From: Nitrosopumilus sp.
GTDB lineage: Archaea; Thermoproteota; Nitrososphaeria; Nitrososphaerales; Nitrosopumilaceae
NCBI GenBank assembly: GCA_965223425.1
Contig: OZ245003.1
Span: 128,001 to 192,000 of the forward strand
Reading direction: 5' to 3'
Length of the DNA stretch: 64,000 bases
A model generated the notes under the pieces. The model searched no databases. It saw nothing but the letters and a program-made list of their open reading frames with translations, and had not been told where the DNA came from. Both the position numbers and the translations under genes were made by a program. This document shows positions 19,384-29,383 of the stretch, piece by piece (position 1 is the stretch's first letter; each line of letters begins with the position of its first letter).

Positions 19384-19788
19384 TGGGTTTTGTTGTTTTG
19401 GGTGTATTTTTATGGTCTGATATGTCCATTCTCGGCCTGTTCTGGTTCTATCAACCCTGCCTTTTGATGAAAATCGTGATAAATAGGTGGATATTACACT
19501 AAGTTTTACTGGTTCGTTGAACTCATCTTCGAATTTTTCAAGAATATTAGTAGAGGTAAATTTGCCCACAGGGAAGAACTTGTCCACAACATACCAGATT
19601 TTGGTTCCTATTGAGTCCATGTTTGTTGGTTCTTGTTCTTCCTCAATATTCATCAAATCCATCATTTCAAATATTTTTAGAACCTTATCACGGGTTACAT
19701 TACCCTCCAATTTGATGTCATAACGCGCACCATCTTGGTCCTGCATATCTATTCGAATACGTTTTTTGGTCATCTTTGAGATCTTCAA
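19354..19788 (-). CDS. Hypothetical protein with C-terminal winged helix
   Basis: FTSTNILEKF...VKLSVISTYLSRF...RTRTGREWTY. Confidence 0.75.
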   Translation of the reverse strand: MKISKMTKKRIRIDMQDQDGARYDIKLEGNVTRDKVLKIFEMMDLMNIEEEQEPTNMDSIGTKIWYVVDKFFPVGKFTSTNILEKFEDEFNEPVKLSVISTYLSRFSSKGRVDRTRTGREWTYQTIKIHPKQQNPSRNGNFSYN

Positions 19789-19789
19789 G

Positions 19790-20255
19790 ATCAGGTGTTA
19801 ACAATTCAACTGATCCAAGAATGTTTGTTAACTAAATGGTTTGTTAACATTGACTGCCTAGCCCACGCCTAGCCTGAATTTTATTATTAACAACATATCC
19901 CACTAACCATTATTGAATTATAGTATTTTTACGCTTGGAGTGGAAATAAGGGGGTCAATTTTACCATATTCACACTGTTAACATTCATCTTAACGCCTGG
20001 AGTGGAAATAAGGGGGTCAAAATAGGTTTTTTAAGAAATTTCTTAACAGGAGATTAACAAGATGTTAACATCATAATGGAGGAAAAACCCACACACCAAT
20101 CTTTCCACTCTATGTTTTTTTTATTTTTTTTTTTTGAGAAAACACAAAAACTAACTAAAAATAATTAATGACAAACTAAACTAGAGTTACTATTCTATTC
20201 TATACTCTCCTAATTTAGAAATGGTTATGAAACTGTTGACAGGAAACAAAGGTGT
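19790..20255. other. Replication origin oriC
   Basis: ORB-like ACGCYTGGAGTGGAAATAAGGGGGTCAA at 19931-19958 and 19993-20020, inverted copy at ~20088-20113, AT-rich tracts, directly upstream of cdc6. Confidence 0.88.
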
Positions 20256-21464
20256 GTGAGTATGCCTGACCCAATAGATCGATTACTTGATGCATCAGAA
20301 TCTGGAAAATCCATAATAAAAAACAGGGCAATGCTTCATTTTACATACATACCGGACATTATACTGCATAGAAATTCTGAGCAGGAGCAGATAACCCAAT
20401 CATTATTGCCGATTCTGAAACAATCCAGACCATCCAACCTTTTGGTATATGGAAAACCCGGAACTGGAAAAACACTAGTTGTTAAGAAAGTGATTTCAAA
20501 AATCCAGATAAGAGTTGAAAAATCAAACTTCCCAATTAAACTTGTATATTCTAACTCTAAAGAGGAGACAACCCTTTATGGGCTATTAGTAAGCCTGGGC
20601 AGACAGTTGGGCCTGGCTGAGAAAGAACTCCCAACAACGGGCCTAGCAATAAGCGAAGTATTCAAAAGACTTCTTGCCAAAATTGATGAAGGAAAACTTA
20701 ATGCAATTTTTGTGATTGATGAGATTGACTATCTTGCCCAATTGGTAGCAAAAACAGGCAAAGACATCCTATACCAACTAACTAGGGCAAATGAGAGGTT
20801 AAAGGACGGTTCCCTTACTTTGGTAGGAATTTCAAACGATCTTACATTCAAAGAGAGGCTCGACCCCAGAGTAATCAGCAGCCTTGGTGAGGAAGAGATT
20901 GTTTTCACAAATTACAATATGGAGCAAATTCAAAAAATTCTAGAAGAAAGAACTAGCAAAGCCTTTGTAGAAAACTCCGTTGGCGAACCGGCCCTTTCCC
21001 TTTGTGCTGCCCTTGCGGCACAGGAACATGGCGATGCTCGCAGAGCAATTGATCTGATTCGTGTGGCAGGAGAAATTGCTGAACGAGAGCAATCAGAAAA
21101 AGTTACTGACAAACACATCAGATTAGCCTCTCAAAAAATTGAAGAAAATAAAGAGGAGACATCCCTTCAATCCTTCCCACTTCATGAAAAATTAGTAATT
21201 CTTGCAATCATGAAAGCGAACGGTTCGTCCACCGGGGAGATTTACTCATCATACAAAAACCTCTGCAAGGCAGTTGGAAGGGATGAGTTAACTCAAAGAA
21301 GAATCACACAAATGCTTAATGAAATTGAATTATCTGGAATTATCTCTGGAAGACTAGTCCACCAAGGAATTCATGGAAGGACAAAAAAATACAAACTTTC
21401 TATCACATTTGAGACGGTAAAAAAATCATTCAAAAACGATTCAGCTTTACAAGACATTGTCTGA
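20256..21464 (+). CDS. cdc6: Orc1/Cdc6 replication initiator
   Basis: GKPGTGKT, IDEID, GDARRAIDL, C-terminal wHTH. Confidence 0.96.
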   Translation: MSMPDPIDRLLDASESGKSIIKNRAMLHFTYIPDIILHRNSEQEQITQSLLPILKQSRPSNLLVYGKPGTGKTLVVKKVISKIQIRVEKSNFPIKLVYSNSKEETTLYGLLVSLGRQLGLAEKELPTTGLAISEVFKRLLAKIDEGKLNAIFVIDEIDYLAQLVAKTGKDILYQLTRANERLKDGSLTLVGISNDLTFKERLDPRVISSLGEEEIVFTNYNMEQIQKILEERTSKAFVENSVGEPALSLCAALAAQEHGDARRAIDLIRVAGEIAEREQSEKVTDKHIRLASQKIEENKEETSLQSFPLHEKLVILAIMKANGSSTGEIYSSYKNLCKAVGRDELTQRRITQMLNEIELSGIISGRLVHQGIHGRTKKYKLSITFETVKKSFKNDSALQDIV

Positions 21465-22901
21465 GTTTGAGTTGTAATTTTCATGAAAAACTTGGAAAGT
21501 CTTTAGATTAACCATAATTGCAATTCCTGGGTTTGGAGTCATTCCAACACTAGCCTGAAAAGGCGTCTGTTTTTGCCATGAACCAGAATTAACCAACAAA
21601 ATGCCCTTGTACATATCTAATTCTGCCCTATGAACATGACCTACATGAAAAATATCTGGAACGCCTTCAACCACTAAAAGATCCTCCATCTCAGGTGCTA
21701 TTGGGGTCTGACTGCCATAAATTGGACTTAGGTGTCTTGCCCTAAGCAGGTGCCTCATTACGTTTGTTGGCTTGTCATAACTCAGGCCCGGCGTGGTTTT
21801 TACAATATCATCAATACTTTGTCCATGAAACATCAGTATCTTCACACCATTCAACGATACTACGGCTGGATTCCCAACCATCACCACATTTTCCATTTCC
21901 CATAAACCAGAATTGTATTTTTCTGGTATGGCAGGCTGTGGAAGCGCCCTTCTTCCAGGATCATGGTTTCCAGGCATTATTATGATCTTTACATTTTTTG
22001 GAATCTGGCTGATTAATTTCTCAACTTTTTTTAACTGCTCTTCGATAGTTTGGCAAACTAATTCTTCATCTTGATTTGGATATATTCCAACCCCGTCTAC
22101 AATATCCCCCCCAATTAACACAAAACGAATTTTTCTTGCAACCGGATCTGGACTTGATAACCATGAAACAAATTCCGAGAACTCCTCCTCCATAAAGTAT
22201 TTGCTTCCAATATGTAGATCTGAAAGAAACACTGCAAATGTTTCTGATTCTGATTTGTTAATGGCCTGATCAGGAATATCTGGCAGAATAAGATCTTTGA
22301 TAATAAATCCGGAATTCTTTCCTAAACTTATCCTTGCCATAACAAACTGGTCAATTAGAAGCGTGGCTGCAGTCTTTTGCAGCTCACCATCAAAAATAAT
22401 CCCATCAAAGAAGCCTGATGGATCCTCTAAAACTAACTTTGTTACATTTCTTTCGGCATTTCTTGTGGTTATAAGACCGCAAATGTACATTCCCTCTTCT
22501 GATTTTGTAGTTTTTACAGATGCTATGGATTTGAGCATTCTTGATTCTGGTCTATCTGAAATTATTCGTTTGAGTTTGTTAAAACGACTGGAAAATAATG
22601 CGTTATACCCTTTGACTCCCTCACCTGTTGTTATCTTGCTGGTCGGATCAAACAACACCTTGAGCTCGCTTTGTAGTGTTGGATCCTCTTTAATTCCAAG
22701 ATATGTTTCTAAATCATCTTGGTTAATCTGAAATAACTTCTGTTTTGTCTTTTCTCTGACTATTTCTCTTATGACCCTCTCTAGTTTTTTAACATCTACC
22801 TTTTCTAAGATTTTAAAAGCGTCTGGATGAATCTGGAATCCTTTGTTTAGTGCGTAGTTTAATGCTAAGGATAACTCCTTTTTCATATCAAAAAATATCA
22901 T
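21447..22901 (-). CDS. polB: DNA polymerase D small subunit DP1
   Basis: SDLHIGS, GDIVDG, PGNHD, FHG, GHVH. Confidence 0.95.
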   Translation of the reverse strand: MIFFDMKKELSLALNYALNKGFQIHPDAFKILEKVDVKKLERVIREIVREKTKQKLFQINQDDLETYLGIKEDPTLQSELKVLFDPTSKITTGEGVKGYNALFSSRFNKLKRIISDRPESRMLKSIASVKTTKSEEGMYICGLITTRNAERNVTKLVLEDPSGFFDGIIFDGELQKTAATLLIDQFVMARISLGKNSGFIIKDLILPDIPDQAINKSESETFAVFLSDLHIGSKYFMEEEFSEFVSWLSSPDPVARKIRFVLIGGDIVDGVGIYPNQDEELVCQTIEEQLKKVEKLISQIPKNVKIIIMPGNHDPGRRALPQPAIPEKYNSGLWEMENVVMVGNPAVVSLNGVKILMFHGQSIDDIVKTTPGLSYDKPTNVMRHLLRARHLSPIYGSQTPIAPEMEDLLVVEGVPDIFHVGHVHRAELDMYKGILLVNSGSWQKQTPFQASVGMTPNPGIAIMVNLKTFQVFHENYNSNSDNVL

Positions 22902-22943
22902 GCGGTTTAATTAAATCTGCGCCTAACACCTAACCCTCAAATA

Positions 22944-23501
22944 TTGTTCAAAAACAAAGGCAATATGAATAAAGATAGAACAATTCTGTTTTTCATCTTT
23001 TTAGCAAGTTTTGCTGCGGTATATCAAATTGGTTCAATGTCTACTGTAAGTGAAGAAGATGCAAGCGCATTCATGGCTGAATTTGAAGAGCTTGTTTTAG
23101 ACATTGATGCATTTGGAATCTTTACACATAACACAACTATTGCACTACCGATGTTTATTCCAGGATTTGGTGTTGCATGGGGTCTTTTCTCAGCTTGGTC
23201 CACAGGATTTGCTTTTGCTGCAATAACCACCACTGCCCCACAATTAGGAAACATATCTCCACTTGCAATTCTTTTCTTATCTCCATTTGGGTTGATGGAG
23301 CTTGTTGCTTATTCATTGGGACTTTCAAGAAGCTTTATTTTGATACGAGCCATTTCCAAAAAAATCAATCTAACTCAATTTATCAAACCGACAATAATGG
23401 AAATCGGAGCTGTGGTTGGACTCCTTTTAGCTGGAGGGTATCTTGAATTTTACATGATAGAATTAGCTCAAGAAGAAGGTCTTGAGATGCCTGGGTTCTA
23501 G
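22944..23501 (+). CDS. SpoIIM-family membrane protein
   Basis: IFTHN, PFGLMEL, GYLE; several TMs. Confidence 0.75.
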   Translation: MFKNKGNMNKDRTILFFIFLASFAAVYQIGSMSTVSEEDASAFMAEFEELVLDIDAFGIFTHNTTIALPMFIPGFGVAWGLFSAWSTGFAFAAITTTAPQLGNISPLAILFLSPFGLMELVAYSLGLSRSFILIRAISKKINLTQFIKPTIMEIGAVVGLLLAGGYLEFYMIELAQEEGLEMPGF

Positions 23502-23629
23502 TCTTTAGCCCCAAACAGGATGCAGGGTTCTACAGATTACATGATCCAGACTGATTGGATGAGAGTTGTAGCATACGTATTTCCACTATCTGACAGTTTA
23601 ATTTTCGGTGATGGAAAAAATCTGGGAAA

Positions 23630-24346
23630 CTAGTTTTCCCACTGCCATTTGTAATTCATATATGAATCCAAACTTGCTTGATTAAACACCATTACAGACA
23701 AATCAGAAAATCCCTTTCCTTCCAAATCTTTTATTGTTCCTACAAAACTAGTCTCATTTTCAGTTGTTATTGCCTCAAAAACATGAACTTTCATTTTATC
23801 AGTAGGAAAACCATGTTCACGAAGATAAACGGCTATCTCTGATGGCATAAAATGTTTGTCAGGCTGTTTTGGCCAAGGCCTTGGAACTAAAACTACACTA
23901 AAACCATCAATCAACGCCTTTTGTAATTCTAATTTTTTACCTTCAATCGGGGTTGTAACATGCATTGTAATTACTTTGGATTTATCAAGAGGCACATTAG
24001 CTCTTGATGCAGCAACTTGAATTGAGCTAATTCCAGGAATAATCTCTACCTTGCCAAAAATTTCTACTAACCTATCCACAACTTCTGATTCAGAAAAATT
24101 CACATCTCCAGTAAATGGAATCACTAATGTTCTCTTGCCAAGCTTTGGAAGAATTTGCTGATAAGACTCTTCTTGATTATTCATGGTAATTTCATAGATC
24201 TCTTTTCCTTTGATTAGATGCTCTATTGTTTTTAGTGTGTATTTGTAACCAATTATAACATCACAGTTACTAACAATCTCTTTTACAATCTCAGTTACAT
24301 ATTTTGGCGAACCTGGACCAACGCCAACAGCATAGATTTTTCCCAA
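23630..24346 (-). CDS. cbiE: Precorrin-6Y/cobalt-precorrin-7 C5-methyltransferase
   Basis: VGVGPG, TGD, IPGISSIQVAA. Confidence 0.85.
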   Translation of the reverse strand: MGKIYAVGVGPGSPKYVTEIVKEIVSNCDVIIGYKYTLKTIEHLIKGKEIYEITMNNQEESYQQILPKLGKRTLVIPFTGDVNFSESEVVDRLVEIFGKVEIIPGISSIQVAASRANVPLDKSKVITMHVTTPIEGKKLELQKALIDGFSVVLVPRPWPKQPDKHFMPSEIAVYLREHGFPTDKMKVHVFEAITTENETSFVGTIKDLEGKGFSDLSVMVFNQASLDSYMNYKWQWEN

Positions 24347-24348
24347 TT

Positions 24349-24840
24349 TTACTTGGTAAATTTCTGTCTGTCTTTAATATATTGCACAAAAGGCTTCCAA
24401 TCTACCTTCATGTATTTTGTAGGCTCCTTCATTGGATATTTTACCCAATCTTGTGCTATTGCATATTGAAATTTTTCTTGTTTTCCACCTTTTTCATATT
24501 CTAGTTTTAGTACTCCTCCCCAAACCTTATCCTCATAACTAATGCTGGAAATATCGTCAAATGCTAATTCTGTATTTTTGGGATTTTCCAAATCTTCCCC
24601 CAAATCTTCTTCATTATACCCATCATGGCGAATCATTGTATTTTTTGACTTGATAAAATTAATCACTTGTCTTTGTGTAATGGCTTTCCACCAATTCATC
24701 TTGGCTTCTGTCTTGTGTACAAACATCAAATGCCTGTCAGTCAGCACCAACATTCCTTCCCTTCCTCCGATTGACATGAATTTTTTTGATTCTCTCCATA
24801 CTGAAACCAAATGTGCCTGAATCTTCTCATCAGATTCCAT
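24349..24840 (-). CDS. Hypothetical protein, PH-like fold
   Basis: GMLVLTDRHLMFV. Confidence 0.7.
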   Translation of the reverse strand: MESDEKIQAHLVSVWRESKKFMSIGGREGMLVLTDRHLMFVHKTEAKMNWWKAITQRQVINFIKSKNTMIRHDGYNEEDLGEDLENPKNTELAFDDISSISYEDKVWGGVLKLEYEKGGKQEKFQYAIAQDWVKYPMKEPTKYMKVDWKPFVQYIKDRQKFTK

Positions 24841-24912
24841 ATCGGTGATTTATTTGACTTTGTTAAAAACCAATACAATTAGCTTTTAAGTACGATTATT
24901 CATGCACAATTA

Positions 24913-26439
24913 TTGTACAAGATATTTCTGGCAGTGATATTCTTTTTACTTTTAGTTGGAGTTGGAAATCAAACATTTGCACAAGCTGAGACTTATCAAA
25001 TCGGCATACTTGATCCTGCAGTTGTTTTAGAAACCAATCTGGGAAATATTACAATAGAATTTTTTTATGATGATGCACCAAATCATGTTGAAAATTTTAT
25101 TAAATTATCACAATTGGGATTCTATGATGGCACTGTATTTCATAGAATAATTCCCGGCTTTATGATTCAAGGCGGTGATCCAAATACTGTTTCTGGTGAT
25201 TCAAGTAGTTGGGGAATGGGAGGTTCTGATGAAAGAGTAGATGCTGAATTTAACACAATAAAACACAATCGTGGAATTGTCTCGATGGCAAGATCAGCTG
25301 ATCCAAACAGTGGTGGCTCACAATTTTTTATAGTTCATAAGGACTCAAACTTCCTTGATGAACAATATACCGTATTTGGAAGAATTGTCACTGAAGAAAG
25401 TTTTGAAACACTTGATAAAATTGCATCAGTTGAAACAGGAGACGGAGACAAACCAATAAACCCAGAACAAGTCAAAATTCTTAAAACTACGGTAGTTAGA
25501 AGCTCTGAAATTTCAAACATGCTTGAATTATCCGAACCTGAGCGTACACAACCTACTGAAACCTCCTCTGTTGGCAATCAAAAATTTGAAAGCACTGAAC
25601 ATAATGTTGCATTCAGTGTACCTGAAGGCTGGCTATTACAACAACCCGATAAATCACAACAAAATTCTCCGGATGTGGTTGCAGTAGGACCTAAGGTAGG
25701 AGTAATAAACGCGATAATTTCATTAACAGTTCAGGAAACTAATCAAAAAACTTTAGATGATCTTATTTCTGAAAAAACTGAAACATTGAAAGATGCAATA
25801 GAATCAGGCAATCTGAACGTTCTATTACAAAAAAAATCAACTGTTAATGGCAATCAGGCATATGTGACTGATGCAGAAGGATATTTTTCATCTAATGGTG
25901 AAAAACTCGATATAAAATTTAGAGAAGTGTTGATTTATGATTCTGAAAAATTTTATACACTTGCTTACACTAACGATTTGTCTAATTTCAACTCTCAACT
26001 CCCAAGATTTGAGGACACGCTTGACTCGTTTGAAATATTATCCAAAAATACATCCCTGAAAGAAGAAGCGATAGAAAACGGCGGATGTCTTATTGCAACA
26101 GCAACATATGGTTCAGAACTTGCACCACAAGTACAACAATTAAGAGAACTTAGAGATAACACAATTTTACCAACAGCGTCCGGAAGCGCATTTATGAGCG
26201 GATTTAATCAATTCTATTATTCATTCTCACCAACAGTCGCTGATTTAGAACGTGAATTACCAATCTTTAAAGAAGCTGTAAAAATTGCAATTACTCCGAT
26301 GCTATCTACACTATCAATCATGGAATATGCTGAATCAGAATCAGAAGTTCTAGGATATGGTGTTGGTGTAATTCTGATGAATATTGGAATGTACTTTGCA
26401 GCACCGGCAGTAATCATCTATAAAATTAAAAAACTCTAG
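24913..26439 (+). CDS. Secreted cyclophilin-type PPIase with PsbP-like and CFI-box-CTERM domains
   Basis: Signal peptide; FHRIIPGFMIQGGDP; GGCLIATATYGSELAPQV...YYSFSP plus terminal TM. Confidence 0.88.
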   Translation: MYKIFLAVIFFLLLVGVGNQTFAQAETYQIGILDPAVVLETNLGNITIEFFYDDAPNHVENFIKLSQLGFYDGTVFHRIIPGFMIQGGDPNTVSGDSSSWGMGGSDERVDAEFNTIKHNRGIVSMARSADPNSGGSQFFIVHKDSNFLDEQYTVFGRIVTEESFETLDKIASVETGDGDKPINPEQVKILKTTVVRSSEISNMLELSEPERTQPTETSSVGNQKFESTEHNVAFSVPEGWLLQQPDKSQQNSPDVVAVGPKVGVINAIISLTVQETNQKTLDDLISEKTETLKDAIESGNLNVLLQKKSTVNGNQAYVTDAEGYFSSNGEKLDIKFREVLIYDSEKFYTLAYTNDLSNFNSQLPRFEDTLDSFEILSKNTSLKEEAIENGGCLIATATYGSELAPQVQQLRELRDNTILPTASGSAFMSGFNQFYYSFSPTVADLERELPIFKEAVKIAITPMLSTLSIMEYAESESEVLGYGVGVILMNIGMYFAAPAVIIYKIKKL

Positions 26440-26665
26440 CTAGACTGATTTGGTTTTTTTTGATGAACACACATCATCACAACTATCCCAGTTACAATTA
26501 CAACAATTACTGTGACATTGTTTGTGAGATTTATTCTGAAAAAATCTAATAAAAAAATTGCAGCGAGGGAACTGCTCCGACTAAAAGAACCCTGTCTCTA
26601 AACGAGCTATCAACTTTCCCACTTTCTCAAAAATAAAACATATTTGATATGACAGTTTTCCCTAT

Positions 26666-28039
26666 TTACCAAACATCATCTACTTCATCAAGCAGCTTGT
26701 ATTCTTTCTCAGTCTCCCGTTTCATTAGTTTAAGTCTAGAAATATCCCTATCAAAGAACAAATCTATTATCCAATCAAGTAAAACTCTAGTTTTCTTATC
26801 AAATGTTGGAATTTTTGACAGATAGACATTTCTCCAAATTAACCAAGCCCAAAATCCAGAAACATTCATTCCCAAAAATGTAGCAATTCCTGCCCTCTTT
26901 CCAATAATTGCCATCTGCCCCTTTGACTGGTACACAAACTTTTCTTTTTGTGAGTTTTTAATTAACGCCTTTAAATTTTTAGCTCCAGTTTTTGCTTGAG
27001 CTTCTGCAATTTGTGCTGTTGGAGGAAATGGTCTTTTTGTTTCAGAATCTAAAAACAACGCACAATCTCCTATTGCAAAAACTCCCGGAAAGTCAGGGAC
27101 CTCTAGATACTCATTAACTATGACTTTGCCCTTGTCCGTTTTGAACATTGATCTCTTAATTGTATTAACAGGGGTAACTCCTGCAGTCCAAACCAAAGTC
27201 TTAGTTCTAATTGCATCAATCTTTGAATTGTCAATTGGATCTTTTGGATTCTCATCTAATAATTTTGTAGTAACTTCATTTCCTTCAAAACTGGTTACTG
27301 CCGTTTTTAGTCTAATATCTATTCCTCTCTCCATCATTTTCTCTTTTGCAAACTCTGCCAATTTTTGATTAAATCCTGGCAAAATCATTGGTAATGCCTC
27401 CAACACAACAACTTTGAGTTCCTCTTTGTGAATTGTAGGATAATATTTTCGTGCATCCAAAAGTAAATCCATCAGTTCTCCTGCAGTTTCAATTCCAGCA
27501 AACCCTCCCCCCACTACAACAAAATTCAAAAAGCTTTTTCGAAGAATTGGATTAGTCTCGTTTTCTGCCTGTTCTAACATGTCAATTACCCTGTTCCTTA
27601 GCATCACTGCATCATTGAGAGTCTTCATGGTGTAAGCATTTTTTTCTACATCAGCCATTCCAAAAAAATTCGTCTCACTACCTAATGCAATCACCAAAAA
27701 ATCATAATGAATTGAGATGCTTCTTTTATCTCCAGTGCCCCATATCGTTACCAGTTTTCCATATGGATCAATATTCTTGATCCTGCCTTCATAAAATTTT
27801 GTTTTTTCGCAGATGGTTCTAATGGGCAAAACTATGTGCCTGGTTTCAATCATCCCTGATGCTACTTGTGGTAGCATGGGTGTAAATAACAGAAAATTGT
27901 CTTCGCTTACCATTACTAATTGTATTTCGGGATCATTTCCAAATCCAGACTCTAATTGTCTAGCACACTCTACTCCAGCAAACCCCCCTCCCAAAATCAC
28001 AATCTTTTTTCTGCTTCTAGTCAATCGTGTTTTTCCCAC
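26666..28039 (-). CDS. Type II NADH dehydrogenase-like FAD oxidoreductase
   Basis: Two GGGFAG motifs, WTAG, FAIGD, PPTAQ. Confidence 0.88.
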   Translation of the reverse strand: MGKTRLTRSRKKIVILGGGFAGVECARQLESGFGNDPEIQLVMVSEDNFLLFTPMLPQVASGMIETRHIVLPIRTICEKTKFYEGRIKNIDPYGKLVTIWGTGDKRSISIHYDFLVIALGSETNFFGMADVEKNAYTMKTLNDAVMLRNRVIDMLEQAENETNPILRKSFLNFVVVGGGFAGIETAGELMDLLLDARKYYPTIHKEELKVVVLEALPMILPGFNQKLAEFAKEKMMERGIDIRLKTAVTSFEGNEVTTKLLDENPKDPIDNSKIDAIRTKTLVWTAGVTPVNTIKRSMFKTDKGKVIVNEYLEVPDFPGVFAIGDCALFLDSETKRPFPPTAQIAEAQAKTGAKNLKALIKNSQKEKFVYQSKGQMAIIGKRAGIATFLGMNVSGFWAWLIWRNVYLSKIPTFDKKTRVLLDWIIDLFFDRDISRLKLMKRETEKEYKLLDEVDDVW

Positions 28040-28084
28040 ATTCTGGGTGAATATATGCTATGAGAAAAATTTCCCCTAAAACCA

Positions 28085-28750
28085 TCAGGTTCTCATAATA
28101 TCTGAATGTAAAATATCATATGCTCTAGATGAGTCCTTTTCATTGAGAATTACAATGATATTATCCTGACTGAAAAATGCATTCACCAATTCTATTCCAT
28201 TTGCATGCAGCACCTCCGCAACATAAGAAACCACATCTGATTGGTTCTGAGATGTAGGTATTGAGATTCTAATCTTTGCAAGACCTGTATTGAACATTTC
28301 ATCCCTGTCTGAGACATTACCGAATATCTGTCTAATATCTTCCATATCTTCCGTAAGGAATCTAAAAGAATCAGATAATCTGAAAAACTCATAATTGTTG
28401 GTTATTTTGGAGAATTTCTCTAAAATTGCCTTTGGATCCATTTCATTTGAATCCTTTATTGAAAATTTGATATCCATCATTCCATCAGTTAATGCCAATC
28501 GAGCATTCTTCAAAACTGGTTCTTCTCTAACCTCTTCCTTGGTTTCAAACGAGTCTGCATATCTTTTGATTGCCACCACCACCGTATTGAGATTGACAGA
28601 ATTTCCTAGAATTCTCTCGATTTCTGGTTGAATTTTTACTGCCAGTGCTGTGTAGTTTATCAAATCCATCTTCATACAGTCATAAATTGAGCGATTTCTG
28701 GTAATGATCTCCTTTACAACCTCAGGCACAGACATGCTTGAAACTCTCAT
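28085..28750 (-). CDS. ACT-domain putative regulator
   Basis: LINYTALA...VVVAIKRY N-terminus, C-terminal ACT-like region. Confidence 0.75.
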   Translation of the reverse strand: MRVSSMSVPEVVKEIITRNRSIYDCMKMDLINYTALAVKIQPEIERILGNSVNLNTVVVAIKRYADSFETKEEVREEPVLKNARLALTDGMMDIKFSIKDSNEMDPKAILEKFSKITNNYEFFRLSDSFRFLTEDMEDIRQIFGNVSDRDEMFNTGLAKIRISIPTSQNQSDVVSYVAEVLHANGIELVNAFFSQDNIIVILNEKDSSRAYDILHSDIMRT

Positions 28751-28848
28751 TAAGACTATTATATCATGTCAGTTATAATAGGATTATGTAAGAAATCAAG
28801 GAATTATCGATAATCTTTATATAATGTCATATATATTACATACTATAG

Positions 28849-29355
28849 GTGAATATGACAATGTTCTTTGATAGTGAATTTGATAGAATTTTCAAAAGAA
28901 TGTCAAACTCTTTTTTTAGCACAGATGACATTTTTGGGGAAATCAAAGGAAACGGTTCTGATTCTGGTCCATATTGTTACGGTTATACAATGACTGTTGG
29001 TCCGGACGGAAAACCTGTTGTAAAAGAGTATGGAAACATCAAACCAGGCCTTCTTCCAACTTCTGACACAAGAGAACCAATCGTCGACACAATTGTTGAT
29101 GAAAAAGAAAAAGCGGTAAAACTCGTAGTTGAGATGCCAGGAGTTGAAAAGACTGACGTCAAAATTGTTGTTGAAAACAAAACTGTGGATCTTTCTGCAG
29201 AACATGACGAAAAAAAGTATCACGCAAAAGTTCCTCTACAACATAAAGTTGATGAGAACTCTGCAAAGGCTTCTTACAAAAATGGAATTTTGCAACTAGT
29301 CTTCAAGTTAGTTGAAGAAAAGAAACCACAAGGCAAAACGGTGGAGGTTGAATAA
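28849..29355 (+). CDS. hsp20: Small heat-shock protein
   Basis: EMPGV, ASYKNGIL. Confidence 0.93.
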   Translation: MNMTMFFDSEFDRIFKRMSNSFFSTDDIFGEIKGNGSDSGPYCYGYTMTVGPDGKPVVKEYGNIKPGLLPTSDTREPIVDTIVDEKEKAVKLVVEMPGVEKTDVKIVVENKTVDLSAEHDEKKYHAKVPLQHKVDENSAKASYKNGILQLVFKLVEEKKPQGKTVEVE

Positions 29356-29383
29356 ACCCCCCCTTATTTTTTGAGGTAATGAT

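Noticed and set aside
23505-23600. C/D box sRNA
   Set aside because: CTGA and ATGA words are present but box spacing is non-canonical
26565-26630. GC-enriched intergenic patch as ncRNA
   Set aside because: No convincing fold found by eye
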